Counted from the first letter of the stretch, positions 48,433 to 57,716 are shown. The stretch is DNA of 64,000 bases from an uncultured Alphaproteobacteria bacterium (GCA_963763485.1 CAVXOW010000008.1:121464-185463); one strand, 5' to 3'. The notes: a model not told the origin generated them from the letters alone. Program-made: numbers and translations.

Positions 48433-48869
48433 ATGGCTGTGCGGCTCGGCTCGCGTTCCGGCGGCGACGACCTCGAAGTCCAGCACGAGATCAACGTCAC
48501 GCCGTTCATCGACGTCATCCTGGTGCTCCTGATCATCTTCATGGTGGCGGCGCCGCTCGCGACCGTCGACATCGGCGTCAACCTGCCGTCGAGCACCGCG
48601 CCGCGAACAGCCGCGGCCGGACAAGCCGGTATTCGTGACCGTCAAGCCCGACGGCACCGTCGCGGTCGGCGAGACGATGGTGACGCGCGAGACGCTGTCG
48701 CCGGCGCGCTCGATACCGCCACCAACAATCACAAGGACGAGGTGATCTTTGTCCGCGGCGACAAGGAGCTGGCCTACGGCGACCTGATCGCAGGTCATGA
48801 ACCTTTGCGCGACGCCGGCTACCTCAAGCTCGCGCTGGTCGGGCTGGAAGCGGCCCGGCAAAGCCATGA
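48433..48869 (+). pseudogene. exbD: ExbD/TolR with at least two internal frame changes
   Basis: The N-terminus [32 protein letters not shown] is in frame 1. The middle part [29 protein letters not shown] is in frame 2 (about 48600-48700). It returns to frame 1 as [27 protein letters not shown]. The likely natural stop TGA at 48867..48869 is in frame 0. Confidence 0.7.
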
Positions 48870-49620
48870 CAGCGCTGGCGCTGCATTTTCCGGAACGGCG
48901 CGGGATCACGCGCTGGATGCTCGCCGCCGTGGCGATCGTCATCGCACATGGCGATCGTGATCGGCGCGCTGGCGCTGTGGTATACGCGCGCACCGCCGGA
49001 GGAGAATCTCATTCCAGCGATCGTGGTGAGCATCGTACCGGCGGCGCCACTGTCTCCGATGGAAAACGATCAGCCAGTCGCGGCCGAGCAAACAACGCAT
49101 ATCGATCCGACGCCCGAGCCGTCCAAAGTCGAGACGAAGGTCGAGCCGCCGCCGGAAGAGATCAAACCTCCACCGCCACGCCCGGCGGAGATCGCTCTTC
49201 CGAAGCCAGAGCCAAAGCCGGTCGAAAGAAAATCCGTCGAAAAGAGGCCTGTCGAAAAGAGGCGCGTCGAAAAATTGTCTCCGCCGCAGGAAGCGCACGA
49301 GAGGGCTGCGGCGCGCGAAGCCTCGCGACAATCGAGCGTCGCGGCTTCGAACAACTACAATTCACTGGTCATTGGGCAGCTCGAACGCGCCAAGGGATAC
49401 CCGCCGGGCGGCGCCGACTGGAAAAACCTCCGTGGCGTTTACGGTCAGCAGTGCGGGCAGCCTCTTGGATGTCCATGTCACGAAGTCATCGGGCAATTCA
49501 ATTCTCGACCAGGCAGCGCTCGACATCGTGCGGCGTGCATCGCCCTTTCCGCATTTCCCGCCGGAGATGACTCAACCGCAGACATCGTTTTCCTGGGAGC
49601 GATACTTCGCGGCGCGCTGA
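48866..49620 (+). pseudogene. tonB: TonB energy transducer with two frame changes
   Basis: The N-terminus [28 protein letters not shown] is in frame 2. The TM and Pro-rich spacer ([38 protein letters not shown]) are in frame 0 from about 48950. The C-terminal domain (GKTSVAFTVSSAGSLLDVHVTKSSGNSILDQAALDIVRRASPFPHFP) is in frame 1 from about 49410. Confidence 0.7.
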
Positions 49621-50939
49621 GGCGCTAGGCGATTTGCCCGCTCGAACTGGCGCAGCAGGCGGTTGCCGCGCTCGGCCGCGGCATCGAGCGCCTGCTGCGC
49701 CGTCTTCTTGCCGGAAAAGGCCTGCTCGAGCTCGTCCTCAATGGCGGCGCGGATCAGCACGAACGAGCCGAGCCGGAGGCCTCTCGAATTGTCGGTCGGC
49801 GGCTTGTAGGTGATCTGCTCGATCGAAATCGCGGTGCCGGGATTGCGATCGTAGAAGCCTTGCGCGCGGCGTCAGTTCGAAGGCGGCGCGCGTGATCGGA
49901 AGATAGCCGGTTTTCTGGTGCCACCAGGCCTGCACGTCCGGCCGCGACAGGAAGGCGAAGAAACGCGCGACGCCTTTGTATTCGTCTGCCGGCCGGTCGC
50001 GCAGCACCCACAGCGTGGCGCCGCCGATGATCGTGTTCTGCGGCGCGCCGGGAACGTCGGGCCAGTACGGCATCATGCCGTAGCCGACCTGAACTTGCCT
50101 TGGCGAGGATGTCGGCGCGCGTCGCCGACGAGCCGAGGAAGATGCCGCACTCGCCGCGCTGGAAGCGCGGCTCGGCCTTGGTGTCGCGGCCGCTGTAGTC
50201 GAACAGCTTGGTCTTCTGCCACTCGGCGAGCTTGCCGATGTGGCGGACCTCGAGCGGATTGTTGATGGTGAGCAACGCATCGAGCCCGCCGAGGCCGTTG
50301 GCTGCGCGTCGCGACCGGCAGTTGTGAAGCGCGGAGAAATTCTCGACGTTGACCCAGGACGGCCAGTGCGTGGTGAAGCCGCAGGCCGCGCCTGACGCGC
50401 GCAGCGCTGCGGCCGCGACGCCGACCTCGGGCCAGGTTTTCGGCGGAACGTCCGGGTTGAGGCCGGCGGCGCGAAACAGCTGCTTGTTGTAATAGAGGAT
50501 CGGGGTCGACGAGTTGAACGGAAACGACAGCATGTTGCCGGCGACGTCGGTGTAATAGCCGGTGACCGCGGGCAGATAGGCGCTCGGGATCGAACGTCTC
50601 CTTCGCATCGCGCATCAACTCGTACACCGGATAGATCGCGCCCTTCGCCGCCATCATCGTCGCGGTCGCGATCTCGTTGACCTGGACGATGGCCGGCTGG
50701 GTCTGCGAGCGGAAGGCGAAGATCGCCGCCGTCGTAGTCTCGGTGTAGTTGCCCTTGTAGACCGGGACGACGCGGTAGTCCGACTGGGTCGCGTTGAAGT
50801 CGGATGCGAGCTTTTCGAGCTGGCGGCCAAGCTCGCCCGGCATCGCGTGCCACCAGATCACGTCCGTCGTGGCCAACGCCGGCGCCGCATGCATCAGCGC
50901 CATGAACACGGCCGCGACCTTCAGCGTGAAATTCCGCAT
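49572..50939 (-). pseudogene. extracellular solute-binding protein family 1 (UgpB-like), at least four frame changes
   Basis: The N-terminus [33 protein letters not shown].. (ORF 50073..50939) continues in other frames. The successive segments are [80 protein letters not shown] and [52 protein letters not shown] possible lost stop lies at about 49626. No cognate permease or ATPase genes are adjacent. Confidence 0.65.
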
Positions 50940-51196
50940 GTCCCTTCGACGCCGTCAAAGCGCCGCCTGCCCTGTGCCGCAAGCCGGCCCGCGATCGGAC
51001 ATCGCGGTGGTCGGGCCGTGCGGTAGCAAACCTTTGAAATAACTCGCTAATCGTACGGCGCCGCGTGCCCCTGCGCCGACCGCGGCCGTAAGCCCCCTGC
51101 TCCGTTTGCCATTCCGTCGTTTGGTGACCGGACAGCCGCGATCTCCCGATAGCAAAACCGGCGTCCATTCGATAGAGTTTCGTCGCGGTCAAAGTC

Positions 51197-51210
51197 TTGA
51201 GAAGACGCAA
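51197..51210. promoter_or_regulatory. FixK2-type box TTGAGAAGACGCAA
   Basis: Matches TTG(A/C)-N6-(T/G)CAA. It ends 67 nt upstream of the DctP-like GTG start (51277). Confidence 0.4.
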
Positions 51211-51230
51211 CGTTTCGCCGCGGGCGAGAC

Positions 51231-51260
51231 ATTGCCCGGTCGTCTTAATTGCCCGGTCGT
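51231..51260 (+). promoter_or_regulatory. two direct copies of ATTGCCCGGTCGT, 17 nt apart start-to-start
   Basis: The copies lie at 51231..51243 and 51248..51260, 17-46 nt upstream of the DctP-like start. They are a candidate response-regulator binding site. Confidence 0.3.
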
Positions 51261-51276
51261 TTAAAAGGAAGCTCTC

Positions 51277-52266
51277 GTGCAAACGGCGAGACATCTGGTC
51301 TTCCAGACTGTCGCGGTCTTGTGGGCGGCCGTCATGTTTTCGGCGGCGCCGGCGGACGCGCGCGAATTCCGGGCCGCGGACACCCAGGCCGAGGATTATC
51401 CGACGGTCCAGGCCCTGAACTACATGGGCAAGCTGATCGCCGAGCGCACGAACGGCCGCCACCAGATCAAGGTGTTTCACAGCCGCCAGCTCGGTGAAGA
51501 GAAGGAAACCATCGAGCAGACCCGGGCCGGCGCCATCGACCTCAATCGCACCAACGTGGCGCCGATCGGCGAGTTCGTGCCGCTCGCCAATGTGCTGGCG
51601 ATGCCGTTCCTGTTCCGCTCGATCGATCACCTGCACAGCGTGCTGGACAGCCAGATCGGCCAGGAAATTCTGGACAGCTTTGCACCGCACGGCTTTGTCG
51701 GGTTGACCTATTACGACTCCGGCGCACGCTCGATCTACGACAGCGTGCGGCCGATCAAGTCGGTCGCCGACATGAAGAACCTCAAGATCCGGGTTCAGCA
51801 GTCCGACCTGATGGTCAAGATGATCAGCGCGCTCGGAGCCCAACCGATCGCGATGCCCTATGGCCAGGTGCTCACCGGCCTCGCTACCAAGCTGATCGAC
51901 GGCGCCGAGAACAACTGGCCCTCCTTCGTCACCACAGGCCATTTCAAGTACGCCGGCTACTACACGCTGACCGAGCACACCATGTCGCCCGAGGTACTGG
52001 TCATGTCGCGCAAGGCCTGGGAATCCTTAACTCCCGACGATCAGAAGATCTTCAAGCAGGCGGCGATGGAATCCAACATCTACATGCGCGAGCGGTGGAA
52101 GGCGCTCGAGGACAGGTCACGCCGCGAGGCCGAGGCCGCCGGCATCATGATCATCAAGGACTTCGATCGCAAATCGTTCGAGGACGCGATGGGCGCCATT
52201 TACAAGGAGGCGGCGAACGATCCCGCCATCGCCCGATACGTCGACCGCATCAAGAAAATGCAGTGA
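51277..52266 (+). CDS. TRAP-type DctP family solute-binding protein (no DctQM partners nearby)
   Basis: 329 aa with a GTG start and a signal peptide ending APADA. It shows the DctP-family pattern ([53 protein letters not shown]). Confidence 0.8.
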   Translation: MQTARHLVFQTVAVLWAAVMFSAAPADAREFRAADTQAEDYPTVQALNYMGKLIAERTNGRHQIKVFHSRQLGEEKETIEQTRAGAIDLNRTNVAPIGEFVPLANVLAMPFLFRSIDHLHSVLDSQIGQEILDSFAPHGFVGLTYYDSGARSIYDSVRPIKSVADMKNLKIRVQQSDLMVKMISALGAQPIAMPYGQVLTGLATKLIDGAENNWPSFVTTGHFKYAGYYTLTEHTMSPEVLVMSRKAWESLTPDDQKIFKQAAMESNIYMRERWKALEDRSRREAEAAGIMIIKDFDRKSFEDAMGAIYKEAANDPAIARYVDRIKKMQ

Positions 52267-52278
52267 CCGGTTAACCCC

Positions 52279-55200
52279 GTGAATTCCGAGGGCGACAACA
52301 CCGAAGACGACATTGCGACGCGGAGCCGCTCCAGCCTCGTCAGCCTGGTGCGCGCGATCCCGATCCGCTGGCGCATCCTGTCGATCGCCGCGTTGAACTC
52401 GGCCGTGGTGCTGGTTCTTGCCGCGATGATCTGGAACGGCGCGCGTGTGCTGTCGTCGGCATGGGACGAAGTGCGGCAGGTCCGCGAGTCCGATCGTATC
52501 CTCGCGATACTGGAGAGCGAGACCAGCCGGCTGCAGAACCTGATTCACCGCTACATCAACCAGCCCAATCCGGAAGTGTTCGCGGAGATTCTGCTGTTGC
52601 GCGAAGCCGTGCTCGGCACGCTCAACACCCGCGCCTCGACCGATCCGATGCTGGCCGGCTCGGTGCAGGAGCTCGAGCGCGTCACCGAAAAATTCCTCGA
52701 CGGCTTCGGCGAGGTGCGCGGCCTGCAGAACCAGATCGCCAAGACCTACGAGGAGCAGGTGCTGACCCCTGCCCGCGACATGGGCGGGCTTTATGCGATC
52801 ATCGAGGGCGCCAGCAAGCGCGACTCGCTGATCGTGCCGGCGCTCAGCAAATCGCGCGAAGCCTTCACCTCGATGCTGGTGGCGGCCAACGCCTACTACC
52901 TTTCGCTGTCGACGGAGTCGGCCGACGAAGCGAGCCGCAACGCCGATACCATCGAGAACACCATCCCCGTGATGATCGATCTCGCCGAAGCCGACCTACA
53001 GAAGCTCGCGCTGCAGCGCCTCAGCCAGCGCACCACCGCGTTGCGCCAGGGGCTTGCGGCGCTGTCCGAACAGTTCACTGCGCGCAACAATTTGCTGCGC
53101 ACCACGATCGACGCCAACCAGGCAGCGACCATTGCCGCGATCGACGGGCTGTCGGTGAACATGCGGCAGCGTGAATTGCAGGCGCAGGACAAATTCGACC
53201 AGACGCTGGCCGATATCTCGACGCGGGTCGGCACCATCGCGCTGGTGTTCCTCGCCGTGATCGTGATCGCCGGCGTCATCATCGCGCTGTCGATCCGGCT
53301 GCCGCTGCAGCAGATCATGGCAGCGATGCACGCGATCACGACCGGCGATCTGGGCCGCCGCGTGGCTGGCACCGAGGCAAAGGACGAGGTCGGCGCGATG
53401 GCTCGCGCGGTCGAGGTGTTTCGCGAGAACGCCATCGCCAAGCGCCAGGCCGAGGACGATCTGCGCGCCTCGAAAGAGCGCGCCGAGAACGCCCTGAGCG
53501 AGCTGCGCGCGGCACAGCAAAACCTGATCGATGCGGAACGGCTTGCCGCGCTCGGCGGCCTCGTCGCCGGCGTCGCGCACGAGGTCAACAACCCGATCGG
53601 CATCAGCCTCACGGTGGCGTCGAGTTTTGAGCGGCGCACGCAGCAGTTCCAGGACGAGCTGAAGTCACAGGCGCCATTGCGCCGCTCGCAACTCGAGGAG
53701 TTCGTGCGCGTGTGCGTCGATGCGGCTCAGCAGCTGGTGGGCAATTTGACCCGGGCCGGCGAGCTGATCAACTCGTTCAAGCAGGTCGCGGTCGATCGCT
53801 CGCATGCCGAGCGGCGCTTGTTCGACCTGCAGGAAGCGACCGAGCAGATCGTCGCGAGCCTGCGTCCGGTGCTGAAGAAGTCGTCGGTGGCGCTTGAGCT
53901 GAACATTCCCGAAGGCCTGATGGTCGATTCCTTCCCCGGCTCCTATGGCCAGGTGCTGACCAACCTGTTCCTCAATGCCTCCAATCACGCCTTCCCCGAC
54001 GGCCGTCCCGGCATCATCCGGCTCGACGCGCGGCCACGCGGCAACGACGAGATCGAGATCATCTTCGCCGATGACGGCGCCGGCATGTCGGCGGACGTGA
54101 TGCGGCAGGCGTTCGATCCATTCTTCACCACCCGCCGCAACGAAGGCGGCACCGGGCTCGGCCTGCACATCGTCTACAACCTGGTCACCCAGCAAATGGG
54201 CGGGCGGATGATGCTCGAATCCAAGCCGGGACAAGGCACGACGTTTCGCATTATCATGCCGCGCGCCGCGCGCGCGACCGAATTCCAGCACACACAGCTT
54301 TGGGACCACGCAATGGCCGACCAGGACGATGTCCTCCAACTGATCGAAGACGACGTCCGACCGGCACAGACGGGCTCGGAGCGGAAATGGAAGATCGCGG
54401 TCATCGACGATGATGCCGCCGTCCATGAGGGCACGCGCTTTGCGCTCAGCGATTACAGCCTGAACGGCCAGACGCTGGAAATTCTCTCGGCCTATTCGGC
54501 CGCGGAAGGCCGCGCGCTGATGAGCGCGCACGACGACATCGCGGCGGTGCTGCTCGACGTCATCATGGAGACCGACTCCGCCGGCCTCGAGCTCGTCGAA
54601 TACATCCGCAACGAACTGAGGAACGAGACCGTACGCATCATCCTGCGCACCGGCCAGCCAGGCCAGGCGCCGGAGCGGCGCGTGATCGTCGACTACGACA
54701 TCAACGACTACAAGGCGAAGACCGAGCTCACCGCCGACAAGCTGTTCACCTCGCTCACCGCGGCGCTGCGCAGCTACCAGCAGCTCGAGCGCATGGTGCA
54801 GACCCGGCGCGGGCTGGAAATCATCATCGATGCGGCGTCCACCCTCTACGACTTCAAGTCGATGCAGCGGCTTGCCGAAGGCGTGCTGACCCAGATCGCG
54901 TCCCTGCTCAATGTCGACTGCGCCGGCATTCTGGTGCTGCGCGACAGCCGCGACGTCAACAAGGCATTTTCGGTGCTGGCCGGGTCCGGCTGCTACAGCA
55001 AGTTCCTCGCGACCAATGGCGGCCAGCCGCTCGACAGCGAGTTGCAGACGCTGGTGCAATCGGCGTTCGAGCGCCGCAAGCACGAATTCGTCGATCATCG
55101 GTCGGTGCTCTACATCAAGACCGCGAGCGACCGCGAGGTGGTCGTGCTGCTGGAAGCCGCGAAAGACCTGTCCGATACCGATCGCTCGCTGGTCGAGATC

Positions 55201-56058
55201 TTCGGCAGCCGGCTGTCGGTCGCGTTCGACAACGTGATCCTTTACCAGCAGCTGCAGGAGGCCAACACGCAGTTGGAAGATCGCGTCGCCCAGCGCACCA
55301 AGGCGTTGATGGCGGCGAACCGGCGCCTGTCGGCGCAGTGGCTGCGCCTGCAGCGCGCCAACTCGTTCAAGAACGAGATCCTTGGCACCGTCGCACACGA
55401 CTTGAAGAACCCGCTCGGCGTCATCCTCGGCCGCACCGAGATGCTGAAAGAACTGGTCGGCGGCGCGATGGCCTCGAAGGACGGCGCAATCGCCCAGGTC
55501 GATCACATCCGCGACGCCACCAAGCGCCTGACCTCGATGGTCGACCGGTTGATCTCGGATGCGATGGCCGACGCCTTCGACATCACGATCCGCCGCGAAG
55601 CGGTCGACATTTCGGCGCTGGTGCAGGAAATCGTCTCGGCAAACCAGCCCTCCGCGGCGAACAAGCAGCAAACCATCACCGTGTCAGGCTCGCCGGAGCA
55701 GGTGACGATGTGCGACGCCGACCGCATGCGCGAGGCGATCGACAACCTCGTCAGCAACGCGATCAAGTACTCGTCGGTCGGCGGCAAGATCGTACTCGGC
55801 GTGACGCATGTCGACGGCCAGTTGCTGATCAACGTCACCGACAATGGCGCAGGCCTTTCGCCTGAGGATTTGAGCCGCCTGTTCGGCCGATTCCAGCGGC
55901 TGTCGGCAAAACCCACCGGCGGCGAAAGCTCGACCGGGCTCGGGCTATCGATCGTCAAGCGCATCATCGACATGCACGGCGGCAAGGTGTCGGCGACCAG
56001 CGCCGGCCCGGGCAAGGGCGCGACCTTCACGATTGCCTTGCCGGCGACGGCCAACTGA
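52279..56058 (+). CDS. hybrid sensor with two histidine-kinase cores: TM-sensor-TM-HAMP-HK1-REC-GAF-like-HK2
   Basis: 1259 aa. TM1 is at about aa 30-52 and TM2 at about aa 318-340, followed by a HAMP domain. H-box 1 is VAGVAHEVNNP (His codon 53578..53580) with the ATPase motifs DDGAGM and GGTGLGLHIV. The receiver carries Asp in LLDVIME (54556..54558). A GAF/DUF3369-like segment follows. H-box 2 is LGTVAHDLKNP (His codon 55396..55398) with the ATPase motifs DNGAGL and STGLGLSIVKRI. Confidence 0.85.
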   Translation: MNSEGDNTEDDIATRSRSSLVSLVRAIPIRWRILSIAALNSAVVLVLAAMIWNGARVLSSAWDEVRQVRESDRILAILESETSRLQNLIHRYINQPNPEVFAEILLLREAVLGTLNTRASTDPMLAGSVQELERVTEKFLDGFGEVRGLQNQIAKTYEEQVLTPARDMGGLYAIIEGASKRDSLIVPALSKSREAFTSMLVAANAYYLSLSTESADEASRNADTIENTIPVMIDLAEADLQKLALQRLSQRTTALRQGLAALSEQFTARNNLLRTTIDANQAATIAAIDGLSVNMRQRELQAQDKFDQTLADISTRVGTIALVFLAVIVIAGVIIALSIRLPLQQIMAAMHAITTGDLGRRVAGTEAKDEVGAMARAVEVFRENAIAKRQAEDDLRASKERAENALSELRAAQQNLIDAERLAALGGLVAGVAHEVNNPIGISLTVASSFERRTQQFQDELKSQAPLRRSQLEEFVRVCVDAAQQLVGNLTRAGELINSFKQVAVDRSHAERRLFDLQEATEQIVASLRPVLKKSSVALELNIPEGLMVDSFPGSYGQVLTNLFLNASNHAFPDGRPGIIRLDARPRGNDEIEIIFADDGAGMSADVMRQAFDPFFTTRRNEGGTGLGLHIVYNLVTQQMGGRMMLESKPGQGTTFRIIMPRAARATEFQHTQLWDHAMADQDDVLQLIEDDVRPAQTGSERKWKIAVIDDDAAVHEGTRFALSDYSLNGQTLEILSAYSAAEGRALMSAHDDIAAVLLDVIMETDSAGLELVEYIRNELRNETVRIILRTGQPGQAPERRVIVDYDINDYKAKTELTADKLFTSLTAALRSYQQLERMVQTRRGLEIIIDAASTLYDFKSMQRLAEGVLTQIASLLNVDCAGILVLRDSRDVNKAFSVLAGSGCYSKFLATNGGQPLDSELQTLVQSAFERRKHEFVDHRSVLYIKTASDREVVVLLEAAKDLSDTDRSLVEIFGSRLSVAFDNVILYQQLQEANTQLEDRVAQRTKALMAANRRLSAQWLRLQRANSFKNEILGTVAHDLKNPLGVILGRTEMLKELVGGAMASKDGAIAQVDHIRDATKRLTSMVDRLISDAMADAFDITIRREAVDISALVQEIVSANQPSAANKQQTITVSGSPEQVTMCDADRMREAIDNLVSNAIKYSSVGGKIVLGVTHVDGQLLINVTDNGAGLSPEDLSRLFGRFQRLSAKPTGGESSTGLGLSIVKRIIDMHGGKVSATSAGPGKGATFTIALPATAN

Positions 56059-56093
56059 CTGACACGATCGACAGCAAAGAGACACCACGAGCG

Positions 56094-56819
56094 ATGACCC
56101 AAAGCCAGCACATCTTCGTTGTCGACGACGAGGCGCCCGCCCGCGAGATGGTCGGCGATTATCTCAAGATGCACGGCTTTGCGGTGACGCTGTGCGACGG
56201 GGGAAAAAGCCTGCGCAAGGAGATCGAGAAACAGGCGCCGGACCTCGTGGTGCTCGATCTCAACATGCCGGAGGAAGACGGGCTATCGATCATTCGCGAT
56301 CTCAAGTCGCGCATCAATGTGCCTGTGATCATGCTGACAGCAACCGCAAGCCCGATCGACCGCGTCGTCGGCCTCGAACTCGGCGCCGACGACTATCTCG
56401 CCAAACCGTGCGAGCTGCGTGAGCTGATGGCGCGCATTCGCTCGGTGCTGAGGCGCAGCGCACCGGCCAAAGCCGCAGCGCCGGCCGAGGCCAACAAGAA
56501 GGAGATGGTGCGGTTCGGCACCAAGTGGCTGAACCTCGAAGCACAGACGCTCGAAGACGACGAGGGCAACGAGCACCCGCTGACGGCATCTGAATTCGGC
56601 CTGCTCAAGGTGTTCGCAGCGAACCCCAAGAGAGTGTTGTCGCGCGAGCGGCTGCTCGAGCTTGCCAATGCACGAGATAGTGAAGCGTTCGACCGCGCGA
56701 TTGACCTGCGCATCATGCGGATTCGCCGGAAAATCGAGCCTGACCCGTCACGCCCTGCCGTTATTCGCACCATCCGGGGTGGCGGTTACGTGTTTTCGCC
56801 GATCGGGGACAAGGGCTGA
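56094..56819 (+). CDS. OmpR/PhoB family response regulator
   Basis: 241 aa. It has a receiver (HIFVVDDE..DLVVLDLNMPEEDG) and a winged-helix output domain (LTASEFGLLKVFAANPKRVLSRERLL..IRTIRGGGYVF). Confidence 0.9.
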   Translation: MTQSQHIFVVDDEAPAREMVGDYLKMHGFAVTLCDGGKSLRKEIEKQAPDLVVLDLNMPEEDGLSIIRDLKSRINVPVIMLTATASPIDRVVGLELGADDYLAKPCELRELMARIRSVLRRSAPAKAAAPAEANKKEMVRFGTKWLNLEAQTLEDDEGNEHPLTASEFGLLKVFAANPKRVLSRERLLELANARDSEAFDRAIDLRIMRIRRKIEPDPSRPAVIRTIRGGGYVFSPIGDKG

Positions 56820-57053
56820 TCGGCTTGACCCGAATCGGGACCCATTGAAATAATTGAGTTTTTTCTCTTATTGTTTCTTCGCTGCACTTGCGAAAGAAAT
56901 AAATTCCGTCCGCCACGAAACCATTTTCCGCCTCTCACGCAGAGTTCCTGAAACCGGAGCTGGCTACCAATTCGCCCAACGGACGCGCTGTCGCAGCCAA
57001 GTTTACGCAGGCTGCGCCTGCTACGGCGCGGGAAGGAATTGGGAGAAGTCAGC

Positions 57054-57668
57054 ATGCAGACCACCTTCGCAGCCAACCGGGCCTCTGCCAGGAACGGCCT
57101 TATCGCTGCCCAGGCGACGTCGGACGAGATGCTGCTTGAGGGCATCGCCGGCGGCGAAAAGGCCTCGATGCACGTGCTCTATGCCCGTCACAATGTGCGG
57201 GTGTACCGTTTCATTCTGCGGATTGTCAGCGATGCCACGATTGCCGAGGACCTGGTCAGCCAGGTGTTTCTCGACGTCTGGCGCACGGCCGGCCAGTTCG
57301 AGGGCCGCTCGCAGGTTTCGACCTGGCTGTTGGCCATTGCCCGTTTCAAGGCGCTGACCGCGCTGCGTAACCGCAAGCACGAGGACGTCGACCAGGACGA
57401 AGTGCTGGCGATCCCGGATACCGCCGAGAACCCGGAAGCCTGCATGAACCGCAGCCAGACCTCAGAGAGCCTGCGCAGGGCGGTCGAGCAGCTCTCCCCG
57501 GCGCACCGCGAGATCATCGACCTGATCTATTACCACGAGAAGTCGGTAGAAGAGGTCGGCCAGATCATCGGCATTCCGCAGGCAACCGTGAAGACCCGCA
57601 TGTTCTATGCCCGCAAACACCTCGCCCAGCTGTTGAAGCAGGCCGGCATCGACCGCGCCGCAGCCTGA
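57054..57668 (+). CDS. ECF-type RNA polymerase sigma-70 family factor
   Basis: The ORF 57039..57668 is trimmed to the ATG at 57054, after GGGAGA. Region 2 is DLVSQVFLDVWRTAGQFEGRSQVSTWLLAIARFKA and region 4 is SVEEVGQIIGIPQATVKTRMFYARKHL. No recognisable anti-sigma gene is adjacent. Confidence 0.85.
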   Translation: MQTTFAANRASARNGLIAAQATSDEMLLEGIAGGEKASMHVLYARHNVRVYRFILRIVSDATIAEDLVSQVFLDVWRTAGQFEGRSQVSTWLLAIARFKALTALRNRKHEDVDQDEVLAIPDTAENPEACMNRSQTSESLRRAVEQLSPAHREIIDLIYYHEKSVEEVGQIIGIPQATVKTRMFYARKHLAQLLKQAGIDRAAA

Positions 57669-57716
57669 ATTTCCGGCCCCGGATCACCTCGGGGGCTCCC
57701 CTCCCGAAACGCTCCC

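Noticed and set aside
49738-51978. 746-aa ORF on the minus strand, the second-longest in the ORF track.
   Set aside because: It is a composite. Its C-terminal part is one frame segment of the frameshifted UgpB-like gene. The rest runs antisense through the DctP-like gene and intergenic DNA, with an Arg/Pro/Ala-rich nonsense composition.
53665-55671. 668-aa ORF on the minus strand.
   Set aside because: It is antisense to the dual-kinase gene. It has no recognisable motifs, while the plus-strand frame carries H-boxes, receiver motifs and ATPase motifs.
56820-57053. An ECF-type autoregulatory promoter (GAAAC..CGT-like) upstream of the sigma factor gene, and GAAAC-rich sequence at 57760..57810 upstream of the small peptide gene.
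   Set aside because: Several GAAAC pentamers occur, but I could not pair any with a convincing -10 element at the proper spacing. Without knowing the ECF group consensus this would be guesswork.
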